Source of the DNA: Acinetobacter wanghuae
GTDB taxonomy: Bacteria > Pseudomonadota > Gammaproteobacteria > Pseudomonadales > Moraxellaceae
DNA: 32,000 bases
Assembly: GCF_009557235.1 (NCBI RefSeq)
Contig: NZ_CP045650.1
Location: forward strand, 1,650,001 to 1,682,000
Direction: 5' to 3'
The stretch's first letter is position 1. Each line of letters starts with the position of its first letter. Below the pieces are notes generated by a model. The model did no database searches. It saw only the letters and a program-made list of their open reading frames with translations, and was not told the DNA's origin. This document shows, one piece after another, positions 9,661 through 20,454 of the stretch. Made by a program: the position numbers and the translations under genes.

Positions 9661-10770
9661 TTAAGCGACATGTTTTTTCACAAGGATTGAGCCTACTGAG
9701 TAGCCCGCACCGAATGAACACAATACGCCATACTCGCCATCATTTACTTCATGCGCGGTACGGTGTAATGCAATGATCACGCCTGCTGATGAAGTATTTG
9801 CAAATTCATCAAGAATGATTGGCACAAGATCAGGTTTTGCATGTTCTTTACCAACCACCAATTTCAGAATAAGTTCATTCATGCTGGCATTGGCTTGATG
9901 CAACCAGAAACGCTTCACTGTTTCAGGGGCAATCTCATTCTTCGCCAATTGCTTGGTGATCATTTTCGCAACCAACGGACACACTTCTTTAAACACTTTA
10001 CGACCATCTTGTTTAAAGCGCTTATCATCGGTATCTGTGGTTTCACTTGGGTTTAAGAAACCAAAGTTGTTACGAATGTTGTTTGAGAACTGAGTAAATA
10101 ATTGAATGTCTTCAACTTCAAAGCCAGTTTTGGTGGTCGTTTCTTCAATAATAGAAGCCGTTGCGACATCACCAAAGATAAAGTGACAATCACGTGAACG
10201 GAAATCAGTGTGACCAGAGGTAATTTCAACGTTTACGAGCAATACGCGACGTGCACCCGCTTTAATCGCATCATAAGCTTGCTTGATCCCGAATGTTGCA
10301 GCAGAACATGCCACATTCATGTCATAAGCATAACCTTGAATACCAAGTGCAGTTTGGATTTCAATGGCAACCGCAGGATAAGCACGTTGCAAGTTAGAGC
10401 AAGATAAAATCACGACATCGATGTCTTCTGCAGTTACACCTGCATTTTCCATCGCTTGTTTAGCCGCAGTCACGCCCCACTCTGCTTGAATGGAGAGTTC
10501 GTCGTTTGAACGTTCACGTAGCAATGGACGTAAACGTTTTGGATTTAAAATACCGCTTTTTTCTGCAACATAACGCGCTTTTACGCCTGATGCTTTTTCA
10601 ATAAATTCTGCGCTTGAACCGCGACGAGCTTCAAGTTCACCCGCCTCAATTTTGTCAGCATTTTCGCTGTTGTACTGTTCCACATAAGCATTTAAAGCAC
10701 CAACCAATTCTTCATTGGTGATGATATCTTCTGGATGGTAAAGACCTGTACCCGTAATGCGGATGCCCAT
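9661..10770 (-). CDS. Beta-ketoacyl-ACP synthase III family (FabH-like) condensing enzyme
   Basis: Cys-His-Asn triad context: [28 protein letters not shown], and the C-terminal SFGAGYSVG. Confidence 0.8.
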   Translation of the reverse strand: MGIRITGTGLYHPEDIITNEELVGALNAYVEQYNSENADKIEAGELEARRGSSAEFIEKASGVKARYVAEKSGILNPKRLRPLLRERSNDELSIQAEWGVTAAKQAMENAGVTAEDIDVVILSCSNLQRAYPAVAIEIQTALGIQGYAYDMNVACSAATFGIKQAYDAIKAGARRVLLVNVEITSGHTDFRSRDCHFIFGDVATASIIEETTTKTGFEVEDIQLFTQFSNNIRNNFGFLNPSETTDTDDKRFKQDGRKVFKEVCPLVAKMITKQLAKNEIAPETVKRFWLHQANASMNELILKLVVGKEHAKPDLVPIILDEFANTSSAGVIIALHRTAHEVNDGEYGVLCSFGAGYSVGSILVKKHVA

Positions 10771-10800
10771 GTAAAACTCCTTTTCGAAATTACCTATATC

Positions 10801-13800
10801 TTAACTGATTCCAAGCTTATCCCAAACTTTTTGCAAGCGAGTGGGCGAAATTGGACCTTTTGTTTTCATGGGTTGTGAAAATAAAGAGATGCGCAATTCC
10901 TCGGTCATGAAATACAATTCTTTCAGGCGAGTGTCATTTTTAAATTTGAACAATTTTTCCATCCAAGGGTCAACTTGATCAATGGCAGAATTGTCCCTTT
11001 GTAAATTATTCGGCAAACGGTCTAAACGCATGATGAGTGCTTTTAAATAGCGTGGGAATTCAATCCAAATATCAGCAGACTTACTATACACAAAGTCACC
11101 TAAGTTCATTAAATCTAGCTGATCTTCAATGTCATCAATGTTCTTTCCAAACACAGAATCGTCTAAAACCAATAATTTCCGACGTATTTCCTGCCACTGT
11201 GTGTAGATTTCCGTGATATGACGCAGTGCAACTTGCCCGTGAGTTAGGAAAGATTTTTTTACATCTTCGTTCAGCTTTTGGAACTCTTGCGCATTGACAG
11301 GCAACTCATTTATTGCAAGGTGCAGTGTGGCATAAACTAACATTTGCTCGAGTTTGGCTTTATCGCCAAGCGGTGAATAAGCAAGCGCGAGTGGTTTTGA
11401 AATCTGTTTCTTGAGTTGACGAATTAAATCACCCAGTTGCATATGAATGAGTCGAATCACCCCTGCACGGTGTTGTTTAATCGCTTCCGCTTGATCGTTA
11501 AAGGTTTGAATCACCACACCCGATTCATCTTTTTGCTCAAGCACAGCAAAGTCTTTGGTCGGAACTAAAGCTTGATATTGCTTCACCACCACACCTGTCA
11601 CTTTTTGTGAGGCTTCAAATACGAAGTTTTCAGGGAAGTCTTTAAACTCACCCTTGAGTTGCTTCACAGGACTGTGCGTTTCGGTACGGCAACGTGCTTT
11701 GAGTTCATCCAGATCACGTCCTTTTTCAATGACACGACCTTTTTCATCAATGACTTTAATCAGCGGCAATAAATATTGCTCAACACGATCAAGATTAAAA
11801 TCTTTTTCGGTAATTTGTTCGCCACGCAACTGAAACATCAAGAAACTCAAAATATGTTTTTGTAAATCTTGCGCATCAATTTTGGCTATGAGTTTACGTG
11901 CCATATCTGGAATCGGAACTAAATTACGGCGTTTTTCTTTGGGTAAACTTTTCAGTAAGGCTTCGATCAAATCTTGACGCCAGCCCGGAATGCCCCATGA
12001 CCAACGATTTTCATCGACCTGAGCCAAAGCTTGAATTGGCACTTTGACCGTTGCGCCATCTTCATCATGACTTGGGTCGAAACGATAGCTGGCTGCCAAG
12101 CGCAAATCGCCATTACGTAAATAATCTGGGAATTGCTGCGTAGTTGGACGGTCATTCATCCATAGCGCATCATCATCGACAAATAAAATACGTGGATTTT
12201 GCGGCTCGACCGTTGCTCGCCAATCTTCAAATGAACGACGGCTCGCGACCTCTTCTGGCACTTTCGATGCATAGAATTGATAAATCGTTTCTTCATCGAC
12301 CACCAAATCGCGACGGCGCAATTTATCTTCAACACGCTCAACTTCTTCAAGTTTTTGCAAATTGAATTTTAAAAATGGCGGCACAATACCTAAATTACCT
12401 GTGGTTAAAGCATCTCGTAGGAAAATTTCATGTGCCGCAGGTTGATCTACTTTTTCATAATTGATTTGACGTTTTGGCTCAATAATCAGACCGAAGAGCG
12501 AAATCTGATCATAGGCATTCACCACACCTGATTTTTTCGACCAATGTGGTTCAAAGTAATGATGTTTGAGGAGATCACGTGCCGCCAATAAAATCCATTC
12601 GGGTTCAATTTTGGCAAGGGTACGCAAATATACCTGAGATGTTTCCACCATCTCAAACGCCATCACCCAAGGCGTATTGGTTTTATGCAAGGTTGATGCT
12701 GGGAAAATACGCGCTTTTTGCTGACGCACGGCCATAAAGACATTACGTTCATCGGTTTTATTGGCAATAAACGAAAGTAAGCCAGTGAGTAATGCACGGT
12801 GTAAATTTTCATAACTGGCTTTCTTTTCATTGAAAGACAGTTTTAAAACGCGTGCAAGATCAACCAATTGTTCATGGGTTTTTTTCCATTCACGTAAACG
12901 TAACCAACTGAGGAAATGATTGCGCGCAAAGGTGCGACGCTTATTCTCGCTCATGTCACGATTGGCAACCAAGCTTTCCCACAGCTTAATGTAGAACAAG
13001 AAATCAGAATCTTCTTCGCGGAACAAGGCATGCTTTTGGTCCGCTTGCATTTGCTTATCGGCAGGACGTTCACGTGGGTCTTGAACAGCGAGCGCAGCCA
13101 CAATAATTAAGACTTCATTGAGTACACCAAAATGTGCCCCGCCCAAAATCATACGCGCAAGACGCGGGTCAATCGGCATTTTCGCCATTTGATGACCGAT
13201 TTTGGTAAGGGAATCAGCCTTATTCTGAGCAAGTCTCCCTTTTTCAAAGGGAGATTTAGAGGGATTAGTTTCAATAGAATCTCCCCCTTGCGTAGCAGTG
13301 CTACTCCCTTTTTCAGAAAGAGGCGCTTTACTCTTATCCACCATCGCACCAAGCTCAATCAAGAGCTTACGACCATCATTCACTAAACGATGATCAGGCG
13401 GTTCAATGAAATCAAAATCTTCCAACGAACCTAAGCCTAGACTTTGCATTTGCAAAATCACTGATGCCAAATTGGTTCGTTTAATTTCAGGTTCGGTAAA
13501 TTCAGGACGACTTAAAAAATCATCTTCTGAATATAAACGAATGCAGACACCCGGTGCGATACGACCACAACGCCCTTTACGCTGATTGGCTGCTGCTTGA
13601 GAAATCGCTTCAATCGGTAAGCGTTGTACACGCGAACGATAGCTATAACGTGATAAACGCGCAAAACCACTATCAATGACATAACGAATATTTGGGACAG
13701 TTAAAGCAGTTTCCGCCACGTTGGTGGCAATAATAATCCGTCGGCCACCACCCGTAGGATTAAAGATTTTTTGTTGTTCAGCTAACGCCAAACGTGCATA

Positions 13801-14769
13801 CAGCGGTAAAACTTCAGTGTGTTTTGGACCATGTTTAATCAGGGTTTCTTGTAATTCGCGAATTTCACGTTCGGTACTGGCAAAAATCAAGGTATCCGCA
13901 TATTCAGGATGCCCCTTATCAATTGCATCTTGGAAGCATTCCTCTACAGCTTTAACCACAGCACGTGGTAGATTTTCCTCAAAATCATCAAACTCATCAT
14001 CATCACTGCCGCCAATGGTCATTTCTGAAATAGGACGATAACGCAGTTCTACGGGGAAACTGCGCCCTTCCACTTCAAAAATTGGTGCGCCATTAAAATA
14101 ACTCGAGAAACGATTTACATCTAAGGTTGCCGAGGTAATGATGACTTTCAAATCTTTACGACGTGGCAAGAGCTGCTTTAAATAGCCCATGATGAAGTCA
14201 ATATTCAATGAGCGTTCATGTGCTTCATCGATAATAATGGTGTCGTATTTGGTCAGGAAGCGGTCATTGCTTAATTCCGCCAACAAAATACCGTCTGTCA
14301 TTAAACGAACGATGGAATCTTGTGAACCTTGTTCATTAAAACGAACTTTAAAGGAAATAGATTCACCGAGCTTTTCACCCACTTCTTCAGCAATACGCTG
14401 CGATACACTACGTGCAGCAAGTCGTCGTGGTTGAGTATGCCCGATGAGACCCGTCAGACCGCGTCCTGCAAGCATGGCAATTTGCGGTAGTTGTGTGGTT
14501 TTACCCGAACCGGTTTCGCCTGCCACAATAATGACTTGATGCTTATGAATCGCTTCAATCAGTTTATCGGCATATTGGGTAACAGGTAAGTCTTGGTTAA
14601 GCTTAATATTGGGAATTTTATCAACGCGCTCAAGCACTTTTGCATGTGATTTTTCAAATAAGTCTTGATACTGTTGTTCGTTGGCGTCTTTACCTTTACG
14701 TAATCGATTTAAACGGTGAATATCGCGTACCATCACCAAGTGATCTACATTTAAACCTTTCGCAGCCAA
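10801..14769 (-). CDS. hrpA: ATP-dependent RNA helicase HrpA (DEAH box)
   Basis: GETGSGKTTQLPQ, DEAH (IIIDEAHERS), TNVAETALTVP, QRKGRCGR, an HA2 region with PIDPRLARMILGG, and a long C-terminal domain. The start is provisional (TTG at 14769). The first ATG at 14733 would remove conserved N-terminal residues. Confidence 0.9.
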   Translation of the reverse strand: MAAKGLNVDHLVMVRDIHRLNRLRKGKDANEQQYQDLFEKSHAKVLERVDKIPNIKLNQDLPVTQYADKLIEAIHKHQVIIVAGETGSGKTTQLPQIAMLAGRGLTGLIGHTQPRRLAARSVSQRIAEEVGEKLGESISFKVRFNEQGSQDSIVRLMTDGILLAELSNDRFLTKYDTIIIDEAHERSLNIDFIMGYLKQLLPRRKDLKVIITSATLDVNRFSSYFNGAPIFEVEGRSFPVELRYRPISEMTIGGSDDDEFDDFEENLPRAVVKAVEECFQDAIDKGHPEYADTLIFASTEREIRELQETLIKHGPKHTEVLPLYARLALAEQQKIFNPTGGGRRIIIATNVAETALTVPNIRYVIDSGFARLSRYSYRSRVQRLPIEAISQAAANQRKGRCGRIAPGVCIRLYSEDDFLSRPEFTEPEIKRTNLASVILQMQSLGLGSLEDFDFIEPPDHRLVNDGRKLLIELGAMVDKSKAPLSEKGSSTATQGGDSIETNPSKSPFEKGRLAQNKADSLTKIGHQMAKMPIDPRLARMILGGAHFGVLNEVLIIVAALAVQDPRERPADKQMQADQKHALFREEDSDFLFYIKLWESLVANRDMSENKRRTFARNHFLSWLRLREWKKTHEQLVDLARVLKLSFNEKKASYENLHRALLTGLLSFIANKTDERNVFMAVRQQKARIFPASTLHKTNTPWVMAFEMVETSQVYLRTLAKIEPEWILLAARDLLKHHYFEPHWSKKSGVVNAYDQISLFGLIIEPKRQINYEKVDQPAAHEIFLRDALTTGNLGIVPPFLKFNLQKLEEVERVEDKLRRRDLVVDEETIYQFYASKVPEEVASRRSFEDWRATVEPQNPRILFVDDDALWMNDRPTTQQFPDYLRNGDLRLAASYRFDPSHDEDGATVKVPIQALAQVDENRWSWGIPGWRQDLIEALLKSLPKEKRRNLVPIPDMARKLIAKIDAQDLQKHILSFLMFQLRGEQITEKDFNLDRVEQYLLPLIKVIDEKGRVIEKGRDLDELKARCRTETHSPVKQLKGEFKDFPENFVFEASQKVTGVVVKQYQALVPTKDFAVLEQKDESGVVIQTFNDQAEAIKQHRAGVIRLIHMQLGDLIRQLKKQISKPLALAYSPLGDKAKLEQMLVYATLHLAINELPVNAQEFQKLNEDVKKSFLTHGQVALRHITEIYTQWQEIRRKLLVLDDSVFGKNIDDIEDQLDLMNLGDFVYSKSADIWIEFPRYLKALIMRLDRLPNNLQRDNSAIDQVDPWMEKLFKFKNDTRLKELYFMTEELRISLFSQPMKTKGPISPTRLQKVWDKLGIS

Positions 14770-15287
14770 GTCAACGCCCTACAACTATTTCAGAACGTTC
14801 TATTCTACTCACTTTCCGACATTTTCCCAATCCTGTTCATGCACAGTTCGATGTTATATTTGTGGTAAATAGATAGATTATTTTTATTGTGACTTACATG
14901 AGTACCGATAGTCATCATTTGCAAAATGAAGATCAAGTGTAGATCTCTGCATAACGTTCTTTATGAATAAGGCAAACATCTTTGCTCAGTGTATTTACCT
15001 GATTCATTTAAAATGCAATCAAAAAGATTCATCATTTATTTAAGGTTTAACCTTGAAATTTGGCAGGCAAGACATCATGTCTGTAAACGTGGTGATGAAG
15101 CTGTACATTTTTGTATGTATCCGTTAAATGATACATAGCCGATAAAATGAAATGCGGTTAAATCAGGTCTTGCTGACTTAGTTCGGTTTTTCCGATTTCT
15201 GTAATGTAAAAATACCATTTCAGCAATCCGCCAATTTTAGATACTCTAATTGAAAATTAAACACTATCGTCAATCATGGAGACAATG

Positions 15288-15851
15288 ATGAGCTTAATTA
15301 ATACTGAAGTTAAACCATTTGCTACAACAGCATTCCAAAACGGTCAATTCATCGAAGTAACTGAAGCTGACCTTAAAGGCAAATGGTCTGTTGTTTTCTT
15401 CTACCCAGCTGACTTCACTTTCGTTTGCCCAACTGAATTGGGTGACCTTGCTGACAACTACGAAGAATTCAAAAAACTAGGTGTTGAAATCTACTCAGTT
15501 TCTACTGACACTCATTTCACTCACAAAGCTTGGCACGATTCTTCTGAAGAAATCAAAAAAATCCAATACGTAATGGTTGGTGATGCGAACTGGACACTTG
15601 CTAAAAACTTCGACGTTTTAATCGAAGCTGATGGCCTTGCTGACCGTGGTACTTTCGTTATCGATCCAGAAGGTAAAATCCAAATCGTTGAAATCAACGC
15701 TGGTGGCGTAGGTCGTGATGCTCAAGAACTTCTTCGTAAAGTGAAAGCAGCTCAATACGTACATGCTCACCCAGGTGAAGTTTGCCCAGCTAAATGGAAA
15801 GAAGGCGATGCAACTCTTGCTCCTTCAATCGACTTAGTAGGTAAAATCTAA
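15288..15851 (+). CDS. ahpC: Alkyl hydroperoxide reductase subunit C (2-Cys peroxiredoxin)
   Basis: [11 protein letters not shown]..., peroxidatic FTFVCPTEL and resolving EVCPAKW. GGAGA at 15278-15282 precedes the ATG at 15288. Confidence 0.95.
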   Translation: MSLINTEVKPFATTAFQNGQFIEVTEADLKGKWSVVFFYPADFTFVCPTELGDLADNYEEFKKLGVEIYSVSTDTHFTHKAWHDSSEEIKKIQYVMVGDANWTLAKNFDVLIEADGLADRGTFVIDPEGKIQIVEINAGGVGRDAQELLRKVKAAQYVHAHPGEVCPAKWKEGDATLAPSIDLVGKI

Positions 15852-15876
15852 TTTGTATTAGATTGAACTGATAAAA

Positions 15877-15905
15877 AAACCACGCTTTTTAGCGTGGTTT
15901 TTTTT
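15877..15905 (+). terminator. Rho-independent terminator after ahpC
   Basis: Stem AAACCACGC / GCGTGGTTT with a 6-nt loop, followed by a T-run (15898-15905). Confidence 0.8.
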
Positions 15906-16038
15906 ATGGCAAAAGCAGATCAAGCGATCCCAGCCAATAACATTAAAAATCTAACAATTACAATGCAACTATATAGAAAGCGATTCAATTCTATTAACGT
16001 CAAATGATGTTGATGCGCTATATGAATTGGAGGTGCAA

Positions 16039-16245
16039 ATGAATATAGGTTTAACTGTGGTAAGTTATAAATATAATGCCTCGAGCCATCATTTACATAT
16101 TTATTATAATACGGGTCTCATCGAGCTTTATCATCCTGTGCCAGAATACATCTATAACAACTTACTTAGACGTGAAGATAAAACTGCTTTTGTGCAAAAA
16201 TATTTGCAATATGATTTAAATTTCAACAAAGTCTATAGCAATTAA
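16039..16245 (+). CDS. Small protein, possibly KTSC-domain
   Basis: GGAGG at 16029-16033 lies 5 nt before the ATG at 16039. HLHIYYNTGLIELYHPVPEYIYNNLL resembles the KTSC pattern, but this recollection is weak. Confidence 0.5.
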   Translation: MNIGLTVVSYKYNASSHHLHIYYNTGLIELYHPVPEYIYNNLLRREDKTAFVQKYLQYDLNFNKVYSN

Positions 16246-16253
16246 ATTTTAAC

Positions 16254-16844
16254 TTAGCGATAACCAATAAGACATAACCCTGCGCCCACAGAGATGGTCG
16301 ATGATACAAATCGACCATCCCGATTCACTAAGTTCATAAAGTCTTGCACTTGCTCGGCATGTGATAGTACGTTGTCTACCACCAATAGACCGCCTTTTGG
16401 ATTGATCAATCTTGCGAGATGTTGCCAATAATCGACATAAGCATCACGTTCGGCATCGAGCAAAATAAAGTCAAAAACTTCTTGATTTTGCTGTAAAAAA
16501 TGGAATGCATCCGTAACTCGATAATCTACAATACCATCCAACTTCAAATCTTTTGCATAGCGTTGAGCTTGCTCAGATCGCGCGGCATCGATTTCAAGTG
16601 TAATCATTTTGCCTTGTGTTTTTGAGAGTGCTTCCGCCAACCATAAGGTGGAATAGCCTGTCGATGTACCAATTTCTAAGAGCTTTTTGGATTTTTGCGC
16701 TTTAACTAAAATCGATAAAAACTGGGCAGATTCAGGCTCAATATTACGATAACGTTTTAACCGATCTGAATGTGTCGCATCATGCTGACAAAATTGCAGA
16801 TATAAATCGTGCATATAGCGTTCAAAATTAATCATGTCTTGCAT
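16254..16844 (-). CDS. Class I SAM-dependent O-methyltransferase (caffeoyl-CoA OMT-like)
   Basis: LLEIGTSTGYSTLWLAEAL SAM motif, FDFILLDAERDAY and LLVVDNVL. Confidence 0.75.
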   Translation of the reverse strand: MQDMINFERYMHDLYLQFCQHDATHSDRLKRYRNIEPESAQFLSILVKAQKSKKLLEIGTSTGYSTLWLAEALSKTQGKMITLEIDAARSEQAQRYAKDLKLDGIVDYRVTDAFHFLQQNQEVFDFILLDAERDAYVDYWQHLARLINPKGGLLVVDNVLSHAEQVQDFMNLVNRDGRFVSSTISVGAGLCLIGYR

Positions 16845-16888
16845 GCGTTCAACATCCTTGTTGTATTAAATTTTAATTTTCTTTGCCT

Positions 16889-17107
16889 TTAAACCGCTGA
16901 CACAAACTTAAAACGTTCTATTTCACGATCATCTTCAAGCGTTACCATTTCAGTAAACATCGCGAGCGGTCGCACCCAAATCGAATAATCACCGTATAAA
17001 CACTGATACACCACTAACGCTTCTCGCGTTTCGCTATGCGTTGCCACATGCAGCACTTGATACAACTGCCCTTTATAATGTTGATAAATCCCGCGTGTTA
17101 AAGTCAT
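16889..17107 (-). CDS. DUF1653 family protein
   Basis: YQHYKGQLYQVLHVATHSETREALVVYQCLYGD..WVRPLAMF matches the DUF1653 signature. Confidence 0.7.
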   Translation of the reverse strand: MTLTRGIYQHYKGQLYQVLHVATHSETREALVVYQCLYGDYSIWVRPLAMFTEMVTLEDDREIERFKFVSAV

Positions 17108-17342
17108 ATATTTTTCTCATCAAATGAACAGTTCATATTAGCGGATAATACCGCGCGATAGCATCTGGTTAACTTGAAATTTACAGTATTTACCTCATAT
17201 AGAGATTTGAAATGCTTGATGAAATTACTCATATATCTAATTTTCCGATTATTTAGATAAGAATTAACCGTTTTACCTATTCAGTAAATTCTATTAATAT
17301 TCTCTCATCAAATAAACATTTACTCCTTTGGAGACGTTAGCA

Positions 17343-18908
17343 ATGTTAGACACAAATACAACAGCCCAACTGAAAACACTTTTAGAACGCCTTGAAGGTC
17401 CAATCGAAATCGTTGCGACTTTAAATGGCTCTGACAAATCAGACAAAATTAAAGAATTGGTTGAAGAGATCGCTGCATTATCTTCACTTGTAACTGCACG
17501 TTTTGATGGTCAAAACAAACGCGCACCAAGCTTTGGTATTGCAAAAGCAGGTGAAGAGCCACGTGTTTACTTCGCAGGCTTACCAATGGGGCATGAGTTC
17601 ACATCACTCATTCTTGCATTGCTACAAACTTCAGGTTATGCACCGAAAGTCTCTGATGAAGTACTCGCTTCTGTAAAAGGCTTAGGCGTTCAATCTAACT
17701 TTGACGTATTCGTATCACTTAGCTGCCATAACTGTCCTGACGTGGTTCAAGCGTTGAACTTGATTGCAATCTACAACCCAGGCACAACCACCACCATGAT
17801 TGATGGTGCATTCTTCCAAGATGAAGTTGAAGAACGCAAAATCATGGCGGTACCTATGGTGTTCCAAGACAACGAACATATTGGTCAAGGTCGCATGACT
17901 TTGGAAGAAATCATTGCCAAACTCGACACCAACTCTGCAGCCAAAGATGCTGAAAAGTTAAATAGCAAAGATGCCTTTGATGTGCTTGTGATTGGTGGTG
18001 GTCCTGCAGGGAATACTTCTGCCATCTATGCAGCACGTAAAGGCATTAAGACTGGTATTGTGGCTGAACGCATGGGCGGTCAGGTGATGGATACCATGGA
18101 CATTGAAAACTACACTTCAGTGCAAAAAACTCAAGGTCCAAAGTTTGCTGCTGAAATGGAAGCACACGTGCGTGAATATGGTGTCGACATCATGAACCTA
18201 CAACGTGTATCCAACATCAAAGGTGCGGATGAAACGGCTAATGGTCTGGTTGAAGTCACACTAGAAAACGGTGCAAAACTTGAATCAAAAACTGTCATCC
18301 TATCTACAGGTGCACGTTGGAGAGAAATGAACGTACCGGGTGAGCAAGAATACAAAACACGTGGTGTTGCGTACTGCCCACACTGTGATGGTCCACTTTT
18401 TAAAGGCAAACGTGTTGCAGTCATTGGTGGCGGTAACTCAGGTGTAGAAGCTGCGATTGACTTGGCAGGTATTGTTGAACACGTAACATTGGTTGAATTT
18501 GATACCAAACTTCGTGCTGACCAAGTATTGCAAGACAAACTCAACAGCTTGCCAAACACCACTGTGATCAAAAATGCGTTGTCGACTGAAGTGGTCGGCG
18601 ATGGCAAACAAGTGACTGCACTCAAATACAAAGACCGTACGACTAATGAAGAGCACACTGTTGAACTTGCCGGCATCTTCGTACAAATCGGTTTGTTACC
18701 AAACACGGATTTCTTAAAAGAAACCAAAGTTGAGTTAAGCAACCGTGGTGAGATTGTGATTAACGAGCGCAATGAAACCAATGTGAAAGGTGTATTTGCT
18801 GCGGGTGACTGTACGACAGTGCCATACAAACAAATCATCATTGCCACAGGTGAAGGCGCGAAAGCATCATTGTCAGCATTTGATTACATTATCCGTTCTG
18901 GTCAATGA
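17343..18908 (+). CDS. ahpF: Alkyl hydroperoxide reductase subunit F
   Basis: [17 protein letters not shown]..., N-terminal CHNC, FAD motif [19 protein letters not shown], redox CPHCDG and [15 protein letters not shown] at 17330-17334 lies upstream of the ATG at 17343. Confidence 0.95.
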   Translation: MLDTNTTAQLKTLLERLEGPIEIVATLNGSDKSDKIKELVEEIAALSSLVTARFDGQNKRAPSFGIAKAGEEPRVYFAGLPMGHEFTSLILALLQTSGYAPKVSDEVLASVKGLGVQSNFDVFVSLSCHNCPDVVQALNLIAIYNPGTTTTMIDGAFFQDEVEERKIMAVPMVFQDNEHIGQGRMTLEEIIAKLDTNSAAKDAEKLNSKDAFDVLVIGGGPAGNTSAIYAARKGIKTGIVAERMGGQVMDTMDIENYTSVQKTQGPKFAAEMEAHVREYGVDIMNLQRVSNIKGADETANGLVEVTLENGAKLESKTVILSTGARWREMNVPGEQEYKTRGVAYCPHCDGPLFKGKRVAVIGGGNSGVEAAIDLAGIVEHVTLVEFDTKLRADQVLQDKLNSLPNTTVIKNALSTEVVGDGKQVTALKYKDRTTNEEHTVELAGIFVQIGLLPNTDFLKETKVELSNRGEIVINERNETNVKGVFAAGDCTTVPYKQIIIATGEGAKASLSAFDYIIRSGQ

Positions 18909-18932
18909 GTTGATTAGTTCCTGAATCTAAAA

Positions 18933-18959
18933 AGCCAGTCTTAATGACTGGCTTTTTTT
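18933..18959 (+). terminator. Rho-independent terminator after ahpF
   Basis: 8-bp stem AGCCAGTC / GACTGGCT, 5-nt loop, then T7. Confidence 0.8.
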
Positions 18960-19132
18960 ATGCTAAATGCATCAATCTATCTGCATTAGCTCATGATGTA
19001 AGAGATTCCCCTACCGTTATATCATCAAAGTCTCATATGAAAAACTACAAATTTACATAGAACATTCACAGATCTATCCGTTATTGTTATTGCAAATAAT
19101 AAAAAAACTCAAAACAGAGTAAGGAGACCAAA

Positions 19133-19378
19133 ATGCATTATCAATATCACTGTGGTTGTTGCGATCAAGTCGTTACATCAATGCAAAAAGAGTGTTCTCA
19201 CTGTGGTTCACATAATATTCGAAGCCCCTTTGGCTTTTGGATTTTCTGTTTAGTGGCTTGTTTGGCTGCTGTGATCGTAATTAAAACGGTGCATATGTAT
19301 ATTCAGTCTCATCATGAAGTACCGGTTCAACCCTCTTTATTCGAGGTACTCGATCAAGACAATAAAAAACCACATTAA
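19133..19378 (+). CDS. Small zinc-ribbon (CxxC...CxxC) protein with one transmembrane helix, function unknown
   Basis: AAGGAGA lies 6 nt upstream of the ATG. CGCCDQ...CSHCGS is followed by the hydrophobic FGFWIFCLVACLAAVIVI. Confidence 0.6.
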   Translation: MHYQYHCGCCDQVVTSMQKECSHCGSHNIRSPFGFWIFCLVACLAAVIVIKTVHMYIQSHHEVPVQPSLFEVLDQDNKKPH

Positions 19379-19488
19379 AATTTTAAAAATCGCTTAAAAC
19401 AACGGTCTTTAATACACATTAAGACTGGAAATTTAAACCTTTTAAAAGATTTTACATTAGAATACCGGCAGTTTTAAGGAGATTCAGT

Positions 19489-19686
19489 GTGGTGCAGTTA
19501 ATTAAAAAAGGTGGTTTACGCGAACGTGCTAATCGCAGTCGTCGCTATCAAGGTTCAGAAAATACTGAAACGACCTTGCAGCCCAACGCCTATAAACAAG
19601 CTGCTAAAAAAACAGATCTAGATGTTCAAGTGAAATTACCTGAACATCCGCGTCCATTATCCCACAGTGTAGAAGAGCATGAATGA
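19489..19686 (+). CDS. Small basic hypothetical protein
   Basis: AGGAG at 19477-19481 lies 7 nt before the GTG at 19489. No family recognised. Confidence 0.4.
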   Translation: MVQLIKKGGLRERANRSRRYQGSENTETTLQPNAYKQAAKKTDLDVQVKLPEHPRPLSHSVEEHE

Positions 19687-19704
19687 TCATTCATGTGATT
19701 CGAT

Positions 19705-20343
19705 TTAAGACATCAAGAGAATAGCGTCATAACACAACCAAACAGCAAACATCAGGAACAATGCTCCTGAAATAATATCGATGTAGCTGCCTGAACGTTG
19801 GTATAAGTCTTTGATTTTTGGCTGTGAAATCAGCAGCATTAACAACGTAAAAGTAATAAATGTTTGTATAGGAATAATAAAGGCAAGTTGAGTTTTCAGT
19901 GATGTACTTGCAGATGAACTGAGCGCTAGTGAGAAAACACTGCCAAAATAGATTAAGGTCTTCGGATTGGCTAAATTGGTCAACAAACCTAATGTAAAAT
20001 AGTTACTCGGCTGCTGAGCAGGATTCAATTCAGCTGAGTTTTGATGTCTATTCTTAAATGTTTTCAGACCACCATTCAACATTGCCCAACCCATTTTAGC
20101 CAAAAACACCGCACCAACCAGCATCAGAATCTGTTGGATCCATGGGAATTGATCAATCAGAACGGTAAAACCCGCAAGCGTAAGTACGACCCAAACTACA
20201 ATGCCTGCACTAATACCTGCAATGACTTTTAGAGCATTCAGTCGCGTGGTGGACGCTGAACTTTTGGCAATGAGTAGAATATCTGGACCTGGGCTCAATT
20301 GAGCCACAAAATGAAGCAAACAAATCGTAATCAGCAAAGACAT
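19705..20343 (-). CDS. LysE/RhtB-family amino acid exporter
   Basis: N-terminal LSPGPDILL motif and six hydrophobic segments in about 210 aa. Confidence 0.8.
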   Translation of the reverse strand: MSLLITICLLHFVAQLSPGPDILLIAKSSASTTRLNALKVIAGISAGIVVWVVLTLAGFTVLIDQFPWIQQILMLVGAVFLAKMGWAMLNGGLKTFKNRHQNSAELNPAQQPSNYFTLGLLTNLANPKTLIYFGSVFSLALSSSASTSLKTQLAFIIPIQTFITFTLLMLLISQPKIKDLYQRSGSYIDIISGALFLMFAVWLCYDAILLMS

Positions 20344-20407
20344 TTAAATATTATAAATCAAGTAAAAATACAGTATAACGTTAAAAATAGCCGATGATAA
20401 AGTAGGC

Positions 20408-20435
20408 AAAAAAAAGCCGAACCTCATGATTCGAC
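20408..20435 (-). terminator. Rho-independent terminator after fxsA (minus strand)
   Basis: The minus strand reads GTCGAA-TCATGAGG-TTCGGC (one G-U pair) followed by T8. Confidence 0.6.
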
Positions 20436-20454
20436 TTTTTCATAAAGATATAAT

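Noticed and set aside
15194-15203. The shared 10-mer TTTTCCGATT upstream of both ahpC (15194-15203) and ahpF (17243-17252), as a common OxyR-type operator
   Set aside because: The expected chance occurrence of a shared 10-mer between two AT-rich regions of this size is roughly 0.2 or more. Neither site shows the full ATAG-N7-CTAT repeat architecture.
18131-18847. A 238-aa ORF antisense to ahpF, and many 60-110-aa ORFs antisense to mutL, hrpA, the helicase, the PcfJ-like gene, KASIII, queG and others
   Set aside because: They lie entirely within strongly supported genes on the opposite strand. They have low-complexity composition (Ser/Thr/Pro/Leu-rich), no RBS and no recognisable motifs.
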